NCBI GenBank assembly: GCA_051985455.1
Contig: JBPYEI010000042.1
Coordinates: forward strand, 12,088 to 76,087
DNA from: Acidimicrobiales bacterium
GTDB taxonomy: Bacteria; Actinomycetota; Acidimicrobiia; Acidimicrobiales; AC-9
Direction: 5' to 3'
Length of the DNA: 64,000 nucleotides
Shown here: positions 47,810 through 57,343 of the stretch, piece after piece
How positions within the stretch are numbered: the stretch's first letter is position 1
Layout of the letters: every line of letters begins with the position of its first letter
Translations under genes and position numbers: made by a program
Notes under the pieces: generated by a model
Told to the model about the DNA's origin: nothing
Database searches by the model: none
The model's input: only the letters and a program-made list of their open reading frames with translations

Positions 47810-48574
47810 CTAGGCATCGAACGTGATCCGACGCGCCACCACGTCGGCGGCCACCTCGCCCAGAGGCCGCCCCTGGGACCAGGCGTGCGCGCGCATGCAC
47901 GCCAAGGCCTCGTCCACGTCGATCTCGAGCTGCACGGCCACCATCCCGGTGGCCTGGTGAACCCGCCGACGGTCCTGCATCATGCGCTCGAGCGGCGGCG
48001 GCAGCCACCCCGGAGGGCGCTCAGCCACGACGTCCAGCACGAGCCGGGTGCCGACCTCGGCGAGCCTCAGCCCCGCCTCCACCTCGTCCTCCTCGAGCGG
48101 GCCGGGCTGGTCACGGTAGAAGTCGAACGCGCCCACCCGGGCCTCGAACGCCTGCAGGGGAAACGCGAAGATGGCACCCAACCCGGCATCGATGGCGGCC
48201 GGCGTGAAGGCCGGCCATGAACGGTCGCCACTGAGCTCGGAGACCAGCACCGGCCGCTGCTCGTTGTAGGAGTCCAGGCAGGGGCCCTCCCCGAGCGAGA
48301 ACTGGAGTTGCTCCATCGTGTGGGCCCGGGAGTCGGAACTGAACAGCGTGCCGCCGTGCTGACCGCCCGACATCACCATCGCTCCCATCCCGCTCACGGG
48401 CAGCAGCTCGACCGAAGCCGTACACAGGCGCTCAAAAGCAGCCGTGGAGGTAGGGGCTTGCTCGACCTCCACCAGGACCGCATCTAAGCGGTCCTGATCC
48501 ATTCCCACAGCGGCGGGACGAACGAGCCGGACCTCGCTGCCACGCGCACCACCACCTCCCCGGTTGACGACCAC
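47810..48574 (-). CDS. GAF and ANTAR domain protein
   Basis: EQLQFSLGEGPCLD and FAFPL; VHQATGMVAVQL..MRAHA ANTAR; start may be 48502. Confidence 0.9.
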   Translation of the reverse strand: MVVNRGGGGARGSEVRLVRPAAVGMDQDRLDAVLVEVEQAPTSTAAFERLCTASVELLPVSGMGAMVMSGGQHGGTLFSSDSRAHTMEQLQFSLGEGPCLDSYNEQRPVLVSELSGDRSWPAFTPAAIDAGLGAIFAFPLQAFEARVGAFDFYRDQPGPLEEDEVEAGLRLAEVGTRLVLDVVAERPPGWLPPPLERMMQDRRRVHQATGMVAVQLEIDVDEALACMRAHAWSQGRPLGEVAADVVARRITFDA

Positions 48575-48666
48575 CTGTCTGTCAGGGGACGTCCCGGCGA
48601 GGTCTGGGCCGGACGTCGCGGACCTGTTGCAAACTTAGCCGCGGTACGGTCGCGCACAAACAGACG

Positions 48667-50295
48667 GTGTCACTCGCCGCACCGCAATCCACTCCGGTGA
48701 CCGAGCTTCGGCACGGCCCATCGACGCCATCGACCGCTCCCCCACCGCGCTATCACTCGATCGAGGGGAGCCGACCGCGTGTCGCCCGGTCCATAATCGT
48801 GAGTGAACAGGCACAGATGATGACCGGGGCTGAACACGCTGAGAGCAGCACCGCCGATGACCCCGCTGCTGGGGCCGATGCGTGGTTGAGCGAATCCGAC
48901 GCAGCGGGGCTCTTGGGGATGTCCCTCAGCTTCGTCCATCGGCAGGTAGCGAGCGGCGCGCTCAAGGTCCAGGAACGAGACAAGGTCTGCCTCATCAGTC
49001 GGGGTGACCTCGACGACTACATCGAGGCCAGCCGCATTCAGCCCAGATCGTCCCGGTTGCGTCCTCCACCACGCCCGCCGCGTGTCGCCTCCGACCGGTC
49101 ACCGAGGCGGTATGTCCCGAGCTGGGGCCGCCGCCGGGAACGTCCGGTGGTCATCTCCTCGGCGGGGCTGATGGCGGGGTTGATCGCCGGGTTGGTCATC
49201 GTCGGGCTCGTCGGTCTGCTGGCGGCGCAGATGCTTTCGTCCCGACCCCAGGTCCGGGTCGACGGTCGAGCCGCGGCTCTGCCGTCTTCCGGGACGGTGG
49301 GCGGCGTGCTCCGAGCTGCCCACGTCCGCCTGCCTGGCGGGAGGCTCTACTCCTTGGTGAGCCGTCGGGTCCTCGAGACCGACGACCGAGCGGTGCCCCC
49401 CGTGCTCCTCGTGAACGGTCGCCCGGCGTCCCTCGGCGCTCGGGTGCGGCCTGGCGACCGGATCGCGGTGCTTCCCGGGTCGGCGACAGAGGCCGCTGCG
49501 CTGAAGGACGAGACGACGGCCGCCCTCCTGACCGGAGCGCCTGCGCCTGGGCCCACCTCACAGACGATCCAGCATGAGGGCCTCCCCGACGTCGAGCGCT
49601 TTCTCTGGCATCCCGGGTCCCAAGGGGCGCAACGGGTTGTCACGGGAGCGGTCAGCGGAGAGGTCCTCAGCCGCGCCCTCGTTCCGCCCTCTCCCGCCGT
49701 CGCCGAGACGGGCAAGGTCGTCGCGCTCACTTTCGACGACGGCCCCGATCCCCTCTGGACGCCGCAGGTGCTCTCGATCCTCCACGACGAAGGCATCAGC
49801 GCCACCTTCTGCCTCATCGCCCGCCAGGTTCCCGGCAACGCCGAGGTGGTGCGGCACGAGGTGGCCGACGGCGACACCGTCTGCGACCACACCGTCGACC
49901 ACGACGTGCATCTCGACCGGGCGCCACGTGGCCACGTGGCCGACCAGATCGACCGGGGAGCCGACATCATCGCGTCGGTCGCCGGCGTGCAGCCTTCCTT
50001 CTACCGGCCGCCGGGAGGGACGCTGTCGCCGACGGTGATCGACGTGGCCCACGCCCGAGGCCTTCGGGTGCTCTACTGGTCGGTCGATCCATCCGACTAC
50101 CTGCGACCGCTCCCTGGGGTGATCCTCCAGCGTGTCCTCGCTGGAGTGCGTCCGGGCGCCATCATCCTGCTCCACGACGGAGGGGGTGACCGCTCTCATA
50201 CCGTCGCCGTCCTTCGCCCACTCATCGACAGCCTCAAGGCGCAGGGCTACGGCTTCACCACGCTGGCCGGGAAGTCGTCCGCCACGGCGCCCTGA
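48667..50295 (+). CDS. Polysaccharide deacetylase with N-terminal excisionase-like HTH, TM and ubiquitin-like region
   Basis: WLSESDAAGLLGMS...ISRGDLDDYI; TM segment; LTFDDGP, HTVDH, YRPPGG and LLHDGGG; start may be 48799. Confidence 0.82.
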   Translation: MSLAAPQSTPVTELRHGPSTPSTAPPPRYHSIEGSRPRVARSIIVSEQAQMMTGAEHAESSTADDPAAGADAWLSESDAAGLLGMSLSFVHRQVASGALKVQERDKVCLISRGDLDDYIEASRIQPRSSRLRPPPRPPRVASDRSPRRYVPSWGRRRERPVVISSAGLMAGLIAGLVIVGLVGLLAAQMLSSRPQVRVDGRAAALPSSGTVGGVLRAAHVRLPGGRLYSLVSRRVLETDDRAVPPVLLVNGRPASLGARVRPGDRIAVLPGSATEAAALKDETTAALLTGAPAPGPTSQTIQHEGLPDVERFLWHPGSQGAQRVVTGAVSGEVLSRALVPPSPAVAETGKVVALTFDDGPDPLWTPQVLSILHDEGISATFCLIARQVPGNAEVVRHEVADGDTVCDHTVDHDVHLDRAPRGHVADQIDRGADIIASVAGVQPSFYRPPGGTLSPTVIDVAHARGLRVLYWSVDPSDYLRPLPGVILQRVLAGVRPGAIILLHDGGGDRSHTVAVLRPLIDSLKAQGYGFTTLAGKSSATAP

Positions 50296-50409
50296 CGCGC
50301 GACCTCAGGGCCGCGCTGGATGTGGCCGACGGATCGGAACGGCAACACCAGGTCAGGCGGAGCTCCGACGCTTGGGCCGGGCACCCAGGTTCCCAGCATC
50401 TCGGCGCGC

Positions 50410-50628
50410 TCAGCTCTGCCGCTCAGCTCGCATTGACAGCGCCAGCTTCGGGCAGCCCGACACCGCAGCCTCGGCGTGCCCGAGCAGCCCGTCGGGGATC
50501 GCCTCCTTGCGGATGATCGGATACCCCCATTCGTCGGGCTCGATCCACTCCGGAAACAGCTCGACACACGAGCCGTAGCCGTCGCAGGCTACCGGATCAA
50601 CGACCAGGTGCAGCTGGCGACGTCTCAT
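50410..50628 (-). CDS. Ferredoxin, likely 3Fe-4S
   Basis: VDPVACDGYGSC...CPKLAL; ATGA overlap with the upstream gene. Confidence 0.88.
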   Translation of the reverse strand: MRRRQLHLVVDPVACDGYGSCVELFPEWIEPDEWGYPIIRKEAIPDGLLGHAEAAVSGCPKLALSMRAERQS

Positions 50629-51962
50629 CGGCGTCGAGGTCTGGCGACGGCCTGCGCACGTATCGGCTCGGGCACCGGTAGCGCCCCTGGTTCGAACGCC
50701 TGGGCACAGGGTCCGCGCTCCTCGTGGGCGCTCACGTGGCGGGGGAAGGCACGAAGCACGCTGCGCACCAGCTTGGCGACCCCGTCGGGGTGGTGGCAGG
50801 CGCCACGGCCGTCGACGAGCGAAGAAAGTTGTGCCAGGCGCTCTGTCGCACCTCGCTGGCTGCCGCCAAGAGCCAGGCTGGTCATGGCTGCCGTCATGGC
50901 TGGCAGGCCGTTCACACAGGGACCGCACTGGCCAGCGGCCTGGGTCTCCAGGTAGGCGACGACGCGGGCCGTCTCGGCCAGCGGGCAGCTGGTCCGAGGA
51001 AGCAGCGCGATGACGCCGGGACCGAACGTGGCCCCCAGCGGCCGGAGATGTTCTTCGCACAGCGGTGTTTCCATGGCCTGCCGGGCCGGTAGCCAGCTCC
51101 CGCCGTAGCCGCCGACCAGGACTCCGCCCACTGTTTCGGGCTGAATGTCGAAGACCTCGACGACATTCCGAACCGGGGTCCCCAGGGCGAGCTCCGTGAC
51201 GCGTGGCCTGGACACCGCCCCGCACACGGTCGCCAACGCGGTGCCGGGCGAGTCCGACGTACCCAACTGGCGGAACCAGCTCGCCCCGAAGCGAGCGATG
51301 AGCGCGGCATGGGCCAGCGTCTCGACGTTCTGGACCAGGGTCGGTTGGCCGTCCACTCCTCGTTCGTGAACAGGTCGGGTCCGGGTGAAGTAGGGCCGCC
51401 CCCCGGGTCCGCCGTTGAGTTGGGCGACCGCCGCCGATGACTCGCCGGCGACGAAGCGGTCCGCAGCCACGACAATCTCCGGCGCCACCGGGTCCAGGCC
51501 GAGCGCTGACCGCTCGGCGACCGCAGCCGATACCGCTTCGACCAAGCGAGCGGGCACGAAGATCACCAACCGGTTGGCACCGACCGCGCCGGCGGCCAGG
51601 GTGGCCCCGTCGAGCACGAGATGCGGCGCCCTGGTGAGCAGCAGCGCATCCTTGCGGCTGGCTGGCTCTCCCTCGGCGCCGTTGGCGACCACGACGGGAC
51701 GTCGAAATCGCTTCGACGCGACGGATCGCCACTTTGTCGCTGTCGGGAACCAGGCGCCACCCCGGCCCCGCAGTCCGCTGCGCTCGAGCTCCACCAGCAG
51801 GTCGGGCCGACCACGACCCCCGCTCAATGGAGGCAAGCCCCAGCGGTCGACGTGCTCGCGAACGGTCGGTCGTTGTTCCCGCGGCAGGAGGGCCTCGAGG
51901 AGCCGGGCCGTGCCTGATGGCGCCGGCACGCTCGTTCCCGGTCTCGACATGGCGACGTTCAC
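50625..51962 (-). CDS. Stand-alone NuoF-like FMN/4Fe-4S oxidoreductase
   Basis: GLRGRGGAWFP, NGAEGEP, AGESSA, QNVET and GQCGPC...GACHHPDG. Confidence 0.9.
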   Translation of the reverse strand: MNVAMSRPGTSVPAPSGTARLLEALLPREQRPTVREHVDRWGLPPLSGGRGRPDLLVELERSGLRGRGGAWFPTATKWRSVASKRFRRPVVVANGAEGEPASRKDALLLTRAPHLVLDGATLAAGAVGANRLVIFVPARLVEAVSAAVAERSALGLDPVAPEIVVAADRFVAGESSAAVAQLNGGPGGRPYFTRTRPVHERGVDGQPTLVQNVETLAHAALIARFGASWFRQLGTSDSPGTALATVCGAVSRPRVTELALGTPVRNVVEVFDIQPETVGGVLVGGYGGSWLPARQAMETPLCEEHLRPLGATFGPGVIALLPRTSCPLAETARVVAYLETQAAGQCGPCVNGLPAMTAAMTSLALGGSQRGATERLAQLSSLVDGRGACHHPDGVAKLVRSVLRAFPRHVSAHEERGPCAQAFEPGALPVPEPIRAQAVARPRRR

Positions 51963-53122
51963 TGGTTGGACGCCGCTGCGTCGCCGCTCGCGCTTCCGGG
52001 TGTCCCCTCGGCCGTGCCGTCGACCCGTCCGCTGGACTGATCCAGACCCAGCCGCATGGTGAGGCTCATCGAGGACGTCCCGCTGTGCACGACGGCCACC
52101 ACCCGGTCGCCGTTCAATGCCACGATCTGCCCTGTTCCCGGTCCGACCGTGACCTGGCTGGAGCTCAGCCGCACGCCCTGTCCCTCCTGAGTCCCGTGCA
52201 GCACGAGATCGAAGGGGAGGTTGGCGCCTCCGCTCAGCTGGCCCCGGATCTCGACAGTCACCAGTCCCGACGCGTCGGGCGCCGACGTCGTGAACGAGCC
52301 GGCGACCGTTGCCTCGAACGCGGTGGTCGGCAGTGATGCGCTCCCTCCCGTAGTGCCAGGCGGTGGGCTGGCCGGTGGGGTCGACGGCGGCGGTGCCGGG
52401 CTGGTGCTCTGCGAGGCGGGAGCAGACGACGCGCCCGCCAGGAGGGACGTGGGAGTACCCGCCCGCTTGGCCCAGTTGGAGCTCAGCGGGCCCAAGACGA
52501 CGAAGAACCCGAGTGTCAGACCGAAGGCCGAGGCGGCACCGCCGCCCAGGACCCGCCGGCCGGCGTGTGTCGGCCAGCCGGCGGCCAGGCGGTAACCGAA
52601 GGCCCCGAGCACGGCGGCCACGCATACCGCATTGACGACCAGGACCAGCCCCAGGCGGGAATCGGTGCCGCTTCCGAGGCCGTGGAGCACGGCCACCGGC
52701 CAGCAGGCGTAGGCCAGCCAGTGGACAACCTTCCAGGTCCGGTAGCCGATGCGACGACGGACGGCACTGGTGATCCCGAGCACGATGAAGAGGTCGAAGG
52801 ACAGCGCCCCGAAGGCGAGCCAGAGGGGCCGGTACGGCGAGCGGAAGGGGATCACGGCATCGAGGAACCCGATGGGGGCGAACCCGTCCATCACCGAGGT
52901 GACGACGTGGAGGACGATGAGCACCAGGCAGAACAGCGACAGGTCGCGGTGGAGGCTCTGGGAGAAGAACCGGGGCCATCGCCGTGACGTCCATCCGAGA
53001 CTGGCGGCCACGCCCAGGACCATCACTGCGCTGAGCAGGATCGTCGCCACGATCCCTGATCCTCTCGTGAGGTACCAGTACGCGGTCGGCCCATGCGTCG
53101 CTGCCAGCACGGCTCCGGGCAC
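51959..53122 (-). CDS. Ferric reductase-like transmembrane protein with C-terminal soluble domain
   Basis: WYLTRGSG, four TM His (SLHR, VLHV, VVHW, VLHG) and GSGTD; PST linker. Confidence 0.88.
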   Translation of the reverse strand: MPGAVLAATHGPTAYWYLTRGSGIVATILLSAVMVLGVAASLGWTSRRWPRFFSQSLHRDLSLFCLVLIVLHVVTSVMDGFAPIGFLDAVIPFRSPYRPLWLAFGALSFDLFIVLGITSAVRRRIGYRTWKVVHWLAYACWPVAVLHGLGSGTDSRLGLVLVVNAVCVAAVLGAFGYRLAAGWPTHAGRRVLGGGAASAFGLTLGFFVVLGPLSSNWAKRAGTPTSLLAGASSAPASQSTSPAPPPSTPPASPPPGTTGGSASLPTTAFEATVAGSFTTSAPDASGLVTVEIRGQLSGGANLPFDLVLHGTQEGQGVRLSSSQVTVGPGTGQIVALNGDRVVAVVHSGTSSMSLTMRLGLDQSSGRVDGTAEGTPGSASGDAAASNQ

Positions 53123-53124
53123 GG

Positions 53125-54063
53125 TCAGCCGCCCTCAGCCGGCCAGCCCTCGGTGCGCACGACATCTCCCGTCGTGCCCACCAGCACCGCTGGCAGACCC
53201 AGGGCCGCGAGCCAGCGCGGAGCATCGGGCCCCTTGACGAGGGCAGCGGTGGCGGCGACGTTGGCGTCGACGCAGCTACCCGCGGCGACCGCCACCGTTC
53301 GCCACGGAGAGTCGACGGGGAGACCGGTGGCCGGATCGATCACGTGGTGCATCGTCATGCCCCCGCGCACCCACGAGCGGGCCGACGTGCCGGAGGTGGC
53401 CAGGCCTCCGGATGCCAGAGCCACCACCTCTCTCACCTGGTCGACCGGCGCGCCGGACTCGTCTGCGAGACCGACACGCCAACCTTCCTCGGGTGGCGGC
53501 CCGGCGATGGACAGGTCACCGCCGATCGACACGAGAACGCCAGCGCCAACCTCCCGTGAGATCATCGCCGCGGCGCGGTCGGCACAGGCCGCCTTCGCCG
53601 TGGCGGCGAGATCGAGCGTCGCGTCGCTCGGCATCCGCAACGTGCGCGATGGCGCGTCCCACTCGATGCATTTCCATCCTGGGACCGGCTGGGCCGGAGG
53701 CCGTCCCTCGCGCTGGTCCTTCTCCATGAGAGCGAAGTCCCGGTCGTAGCCGATCTGGTTCATCGAGGCCTCGATGGTGGGGTCGACGGCACCATCGGTG
53801 AGACGGGCGGCGCGAAGGGCCATGTCGATCTGCTCCGCCATGCCCTGGCTCACCTGAACGGCGCCGCCCCTGCTGGCGTTGAGGCGGGACAGCTCCGAGT
53901 CGGCGCGAAACCGGCTGGCCAACAGGTCCATCCGCTCGAGCTCTCCGCGCAGCAAGGCAGTGGCCCGGGCCAGGCTCGCTACCCCGCTCACCAGCACCTC
54001 CGCGGTGGTGCCAAGGGCACGGACGCTGCTCCTGCCCACGACCGTGGAGCAGGTGGGGCTCAT
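53125..54063 (-). CDS. apbE: FAD:protein FMN transferase (ApbE family)
   Basis: SRFRADSELSRLN, GAVDPT, DLAATAK, GGDL, ATSG and HHVIDP. Confidence 0.93.
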   Translation of the reverse strand: MSPTCSTVVGRSSVRALGTTAEVLVSGVASLARATALLRGELERMDLLASRFRADSELSRLNASRGGAVQVSQGMAEQIDMALRAARLTDGAVDPTIEASMNQIGYDRDFALMEKDQREGRPPAQPVPGWKCIEWDAPSRTLRMPSDATLDLAATAKAACADRAAAMISREVGAGVLVSIGGDLSIAGPPPEEGWRVGLADESGAPVDQVREVVALASGGLATSGTSARSWVRGGMTMHHVIDPATGLPVDSPWRTVAVAAGSCVDANVAATAALVKGPDAPRWLAALGLPAVLVGTTGDVVRTEGWPAEGG

Positions 54064-54432
54064 CTAGTACGAGGTCGACCCCGACACGACGTGCGGGTGC
54101 CTCGTCGTCTGCTGAGGCACGGTCGGCGGGGGCGACAGCTGCGCCGGCGGGGTGGTGGTGGGCGCCGATGTGGCCGGACTCGACGCGGCCGGAGCGGACG
54201 TGGTGGGCGGGGCGGTGGTCGGCGGAGGAGCGGTGGCGGGCGTCCCCGAGGCGGGGGCGGCACGGCCAGGGGTCGTGTGGGCGACGTAGAGGGCGACCGC
54301 TCCTACGGCGGCCACGCTGGCCGCGCCCAGCCACTTGGTCATCCGGCGAAGGCGGCTCAGGGCCTGATCACGCTCGCTACCTCGGGAAATGGGGCCCGAG
54401 GGCGGTCGAGGATGCATCGGCGTCTGATCCAT
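54064..54432 (-). CDS. Small membrane protein, candidate flavinylation substrate
   Basis: RLRR followed by a TM, Pro/Thr linker and C-terminal HVVSGSTSY; stop abuts the apbE start. Confidence 0.7.
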   Translation of the reverse strand: MDQTPMHPRPPSGPISRGSERDQALSRLRRMTKWLGAASVAAVGAVALYVAHTTPGRAAPASGTPATAPPPTTAPPTTSAPAASSPATSAPTTTPPAQLSPPPTVPQQTTRHPHVVSGSTSY

Positions 54433-54439
54433 GGCTCCG

Positions 54440-54470
54440 ACGATACGGGTCGTCCCTTACAGGTATATGA
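54440..54470 (-). promoter_or_regulatory. Direct-repeat operator plus -10 for the apbE operon
   Basis: TCATA-N5-GTAAGG-N9-TATCGT, 7 nt before the ATG (leaderless-like). Confidence 0.6.
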
Positions 54471-54517
54471 AGTCGGGTCGAAATTCCTGCCTCGACCGAA
54501 GGTACCCCGTCCCACCT

Positions 54518-54548
54518 TCATGTTGCCGTCAGGAAGCTCTCGTAGCGT
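54518..54548 (+). promoter_or_regulatory. Direct-repeat operator plus -10
   Basis: TCATG-N5-GTCAGG-N9-TAGCGT. Confidence 0.6.
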
Positions 54549-54554
54549 GTGGTG

Positions 54555-55271
54555 GTGTCCCGCCTCGATCCCCGCTCCGAGAAGGGGGCCCCGTCCCGAC
54601 CGGGACGCCTGACGCAGGACGGGATGTCGCGCCCATCAGTGTCGCCGGCGCCCTCTGCAGCCTCTGGTGGGGAGGTCGTCGACCCCGGTGTCGAGGGCAA
54701 CGCCCGCCTCACGGGCTCCAACTCGGCCCTGCTGGTCGCACTCCTGGCCGTCGAGGGTGTCACCATCCTGTCGATCCGTTCCCTTCTCGGGCCACACGTG
54801 TTCGTGGGGATGCTGCTGATCCCTCCGGTGGCCCTCAAGGTCGGGAGCACCTTCTACCGTTTCCTCCGTTACTACCAGGGGGTGCCCGCCTACCGTCGCA
54901 AGGGACCGCCGCCGTGGGCACTTCGCCTCCTCGGGCCCGTCGTCGTCGTTCTGACGGTTGTCGTCCTGGCCAGCGGCGTCGGCCTCATGTTCGTCGCCGA
55001 GCCGTGGCGCCAGCGGCTGCTGACCGTCCACAAGGCGAGCTTCGTGCTCTGGTTCGGGGCCATGACGATCCACGTCCTCGGTCACCTCGCCGACACCGCG
55101 CGTCTGGCTCCCAGGGACTGGATCAGCAGGGCTGGCCGCCGTTGGCCCAGGGCCGGGGCCCGGCGCTGGACGCTCGTGGCGAGCGTGGCCGCCGGCGCTC
55201 TATTGGGTGTGTGGTTGCTCGGCCGGGTGAGTGGCTGTCTGGCGACTTCGCCCCACGGGCACGGCGGATGA
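54555..55271 (+). CDS. His-containing membrane protein (DUF4405/cytochrome b-like)
   Basis: GVEGNARLTG, GPHVFVG, STFYRFLRYY, VHKAS and IHVLGH; about 5 TMs; start uncertain (54549, 54555 or 54624). Confidence 0.7.
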   Translation: MSRLDPRSEKGAPSRPGRLTQDGMSRPSVSPAPSAASGGEVVDPGVEGNARLTGSNSALLVALLAVEGVTILSIRSLLGPHVFVGMLLIPPVALKVGSTFYRFLRYYQGVPAYRRKGPPPWALRLLGPVVVVLTVVVLASGVGLMFVAEPWRQRLLTVHKASFVLWFGAMTIHVLGHLADTARLAPRDWISRAGRRWPRAGARRWTLVASVAAGALLGVWLLGRVSGCLATSPHGHGG

Positions 55272-55321
55272 GGACGCCGTCGGCGACCTGACCGTCTGGC
55301 GGGGTGGCGCTCCGAGGCCGA

Positions 55322-56668
55322 TCACCTATCCGGCCGAACGGGCTCGAGCTCGACGTCGGGCCGCTCGTCCTGCCCGGTATCACCCGACCCCGGCTGTGAC
55401 AGCACGACACCCTCCTCGATGCCGGAAGCTGGGCTCGAGTCACGCGGGGCGCTGAAAGGCCACGAGACCTCCATGCGCGCGCCGCCGGTCGGCGCGTCGC
55501 CGATACTCCACTTGCCACCGGTCGATCGCACCACGGAGTCGGCGATGGCGAGTCCGAGCCCCGCTCCTCCCGGCTGGTCGGTCGCCCGGTGAAACCGGTC
55601 GAACAGCTGGGCCCGCCCCTCGGGAGGTATGCCCGGGCCGGTGTCCTCCACCGCGCAGAAGGCCCGAGGTCCGGATCGTCCCACCACCACGTGTACGACG
55701 CCGCCGATCCTCGAGTAGCGACAGGCGTTGTCGATGAGGGCCCCGAGCAGTCGGTCGATCCACTCCGGGGGCGCCTTGATGCAGGCCGGGCTCGTCCCTG
55801 TGTGTTCGACCGAGAGCCGTAGCTCACGGGTGGTGGCGACAGCTTCGAACCGGCGGGCACAGTCCTGGGCGATCGTCAACAGGTCGACTGGCTCATCTCC
55901 CGGAGGGGGTGGCTCCGAGTCGAACCGGGCCAGCCACAACAGGTCATGGACGATGCGGCGCAGGCGCTTGCTCTCACCGGCGACCCGCTCCAGGCTTGCC
56001 CTGTAGTAGCCGGCGTCCCGCTGGTTGCTGAGCGCAAGGCCGACCTCGGCCTCGATCACGCTCAAGGGAGTGCGCAGCTCGTGTGAGGCGTCGGCGGTGA
56101 GCTCGAGCTGCCGCCGACGGGCCCGTTCGACAGGCTCCGAGGCCTTGAGCCCGATGGCCAGGGACCCGAAGTAGAGGGCGGCCAGCAGCACCGGCCCTAC
56201 CAGTACCTCGGAGGCGATCAACACTCCCCTCACGTGTGTGGCCTGGGCCAAGCTTTCTCCGGCCACCACCCACACACCGTCGACCGGGGTCGCCGCCAGC
56301 CGGAAGGTGCCCGAAGCGAGGTTGGCGGTCGTGGGGTGGGAGGTGGACCACGCCCGTGGGGGCAGACCAGGAGCGTTGGGGGTCACGCCCACCGCCGGGC
56401 CCCCGGGTCTGGCGGCCCACACGAACACGGGAGCCTCGTTGGGATCGCGGTCGTCGCGTTCGGCCTCGCCCCGGAGCGGCAGACCGTGCTGACGGGCATC
56501 CGACAGCCGTTCCGTCAGTCGGTGGTCGAGGTCGCTGGTGAGCCGGTGTCCCACGAGCACGTCCAGCACGAGGACGACGACCACGTAGACCACGGCGATC
56601 ACCGCCGTCGTCACGGCCGCCACGCGAGCAGCGTGACCGAGGCGCGGCCGCCGGCGCAGCCAGGTCAC
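55322..56668 (-). CDS. Membrane sensor histidine kinase
   Basis: Two TMs, ADASHELRTPL, DNACRY, DTGPGI, FDRFHR and GLGLAI. Confidence 0.95.
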   Translation of the reverse strand: MTWLRRRPRLGHAARVAAVTTAVIAVVYVVVVLVLDVLVGHRLTSDLDHRLTERLSDARQHGLPLRGEAERDDRDPNEAPVFVWAARPGGPAVGVTPNAPGLPPRAWSTSHPTTANLASGTFRLAATPVDGVWVVAGESLAQATHVRGVLIASEVLVGPVLLAALYFGSLAIGLKASEPVERARRRQLELTADASHELRTPLSVIEAEVGLALSNQRDAGYYRASLERVAGESKRLRRIVHDLLWLARFDSEPPPPGDEPVDLLTIAQDCARRFEAVATTRELRLSVEHTGTSPACIKAPPEWIDRLLGALIDNACRYSRIGGVVHVVVGRSGPRAFCAVEDTGPGIPPEGRAQLFDRFHRATDQPGGAGLGLAIADSVVRSTGGKWSIGDAPTGGARMEVSWPFSAPRDSSPASGIEEGVVLSQPGSGDTGQDERPDVELEPVRPDR

Positions 56669-57333
56669 GACGGCACCATCCGGTAGCCGACACCCCGTAC
56701 TGTTTCGATGCGGACGTGGGCGTCGCCCAGCTTTGCCCGCAAGCGAGCGATGTGCACATCGATGGTGTTGGAGCCCACCGCGTCGGCCTCCTGGTCCCAC
56801 ACCTGCACGGCAATCGACCGGCGCCCGACAACAGCCGGCGCCCTCCTCAGGAGCAGCTCGAGTATGGAGAGCTCGGTCGTCGTGAGAGGAAGCGGCCGCG
56901 TCGCCACCGACGCCGACCGGGAGGCGGGGTCGAACGCCACGTCCCCGCAGGCCAGGCGGGTGTCCCTGGTGTCCGAGGGACGCCGCAGGAGCGCCCGGAT
57001 CCTGGCCAGGAGCTCGGGGAAGTCGAAGGGCTTCACCAAGTAGTCGTCCGCCCCGGCGTCGAGGCCGGCCACCCGGTCTGCGGTGCTGTCGCGGGCGGTG
57101 AGCATCAGGACCGGCGTGCCCAAGCGGCGGGACCGGGCCTCGGCGAGCACGTCGAGGCCCGATTGCTTGGGCATCCGCCAGTCCAGGATGACCGCGGAGT
57201 AGTCGTAGGCCCGCAGGTAGGCGGCTGCCTGACCACCGTCCGCGACGGTGTCCACCACATAGCCGTTCTCGCGCAGGCCACGCTCCAGCACCGATCGCAG
57301 CCCCTCGTCGTCCTCGGCCACCAGGATTCGCAC
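56665..57333 (-). CDS. OmpR/PhoB family response regulator
   Basis: VAEDD, ILDWRMP, LTARD, DDYLVKPF and TVRGVGY. Confidence 0.96.
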   Translation of the reverse strand: MRILVAEDDEGLRSVLERGLRENGYVVDTVADGGQAAAYLRAYDYSAVILDWRMPKQSGLDVLAEARSRRLGTPVLMLTARDSTADRVAGLDAGADDYLVKPFDFPELLARIRALLRRPSDTRDTRLACGDVAFDPASRSASVATRPLPLTTTELSILELLLRRAPAVVGRRSIAVQVWDQEADAVGSNTIDVHIARLRAKLGDAHVRIETVRGVGYRMVPS

Positions 57334-57343
57334 AGCTCAGTGT

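Noticed and set aside
44522-48666. Canonical ANTAR target RNA (dual A-x-x-G hexaloops)
   Set aside because: No convincing paired consensus hairpins found by eye; only non-canonical candidates are reported
48870-49030. Excisionase as evidence of a prophage or ICE
   Set aside because: The HTH is in frame with a membrane deacetylase; no integrase, att repeats or phage genes seen
50625-51962. Respiratory complex I nuoF
   Set aside because: No nuoE, nuoG or other nuo genes adjacent; treated as a stand-alone homologue
50625-53225. 866-aa ORF suggesting a large fusion
   Set aside because: The N-terminal half is an alternative frame of the ferric-reductase gene; the real NuoF-like CDS starts near 51962 with a GTGA overlap
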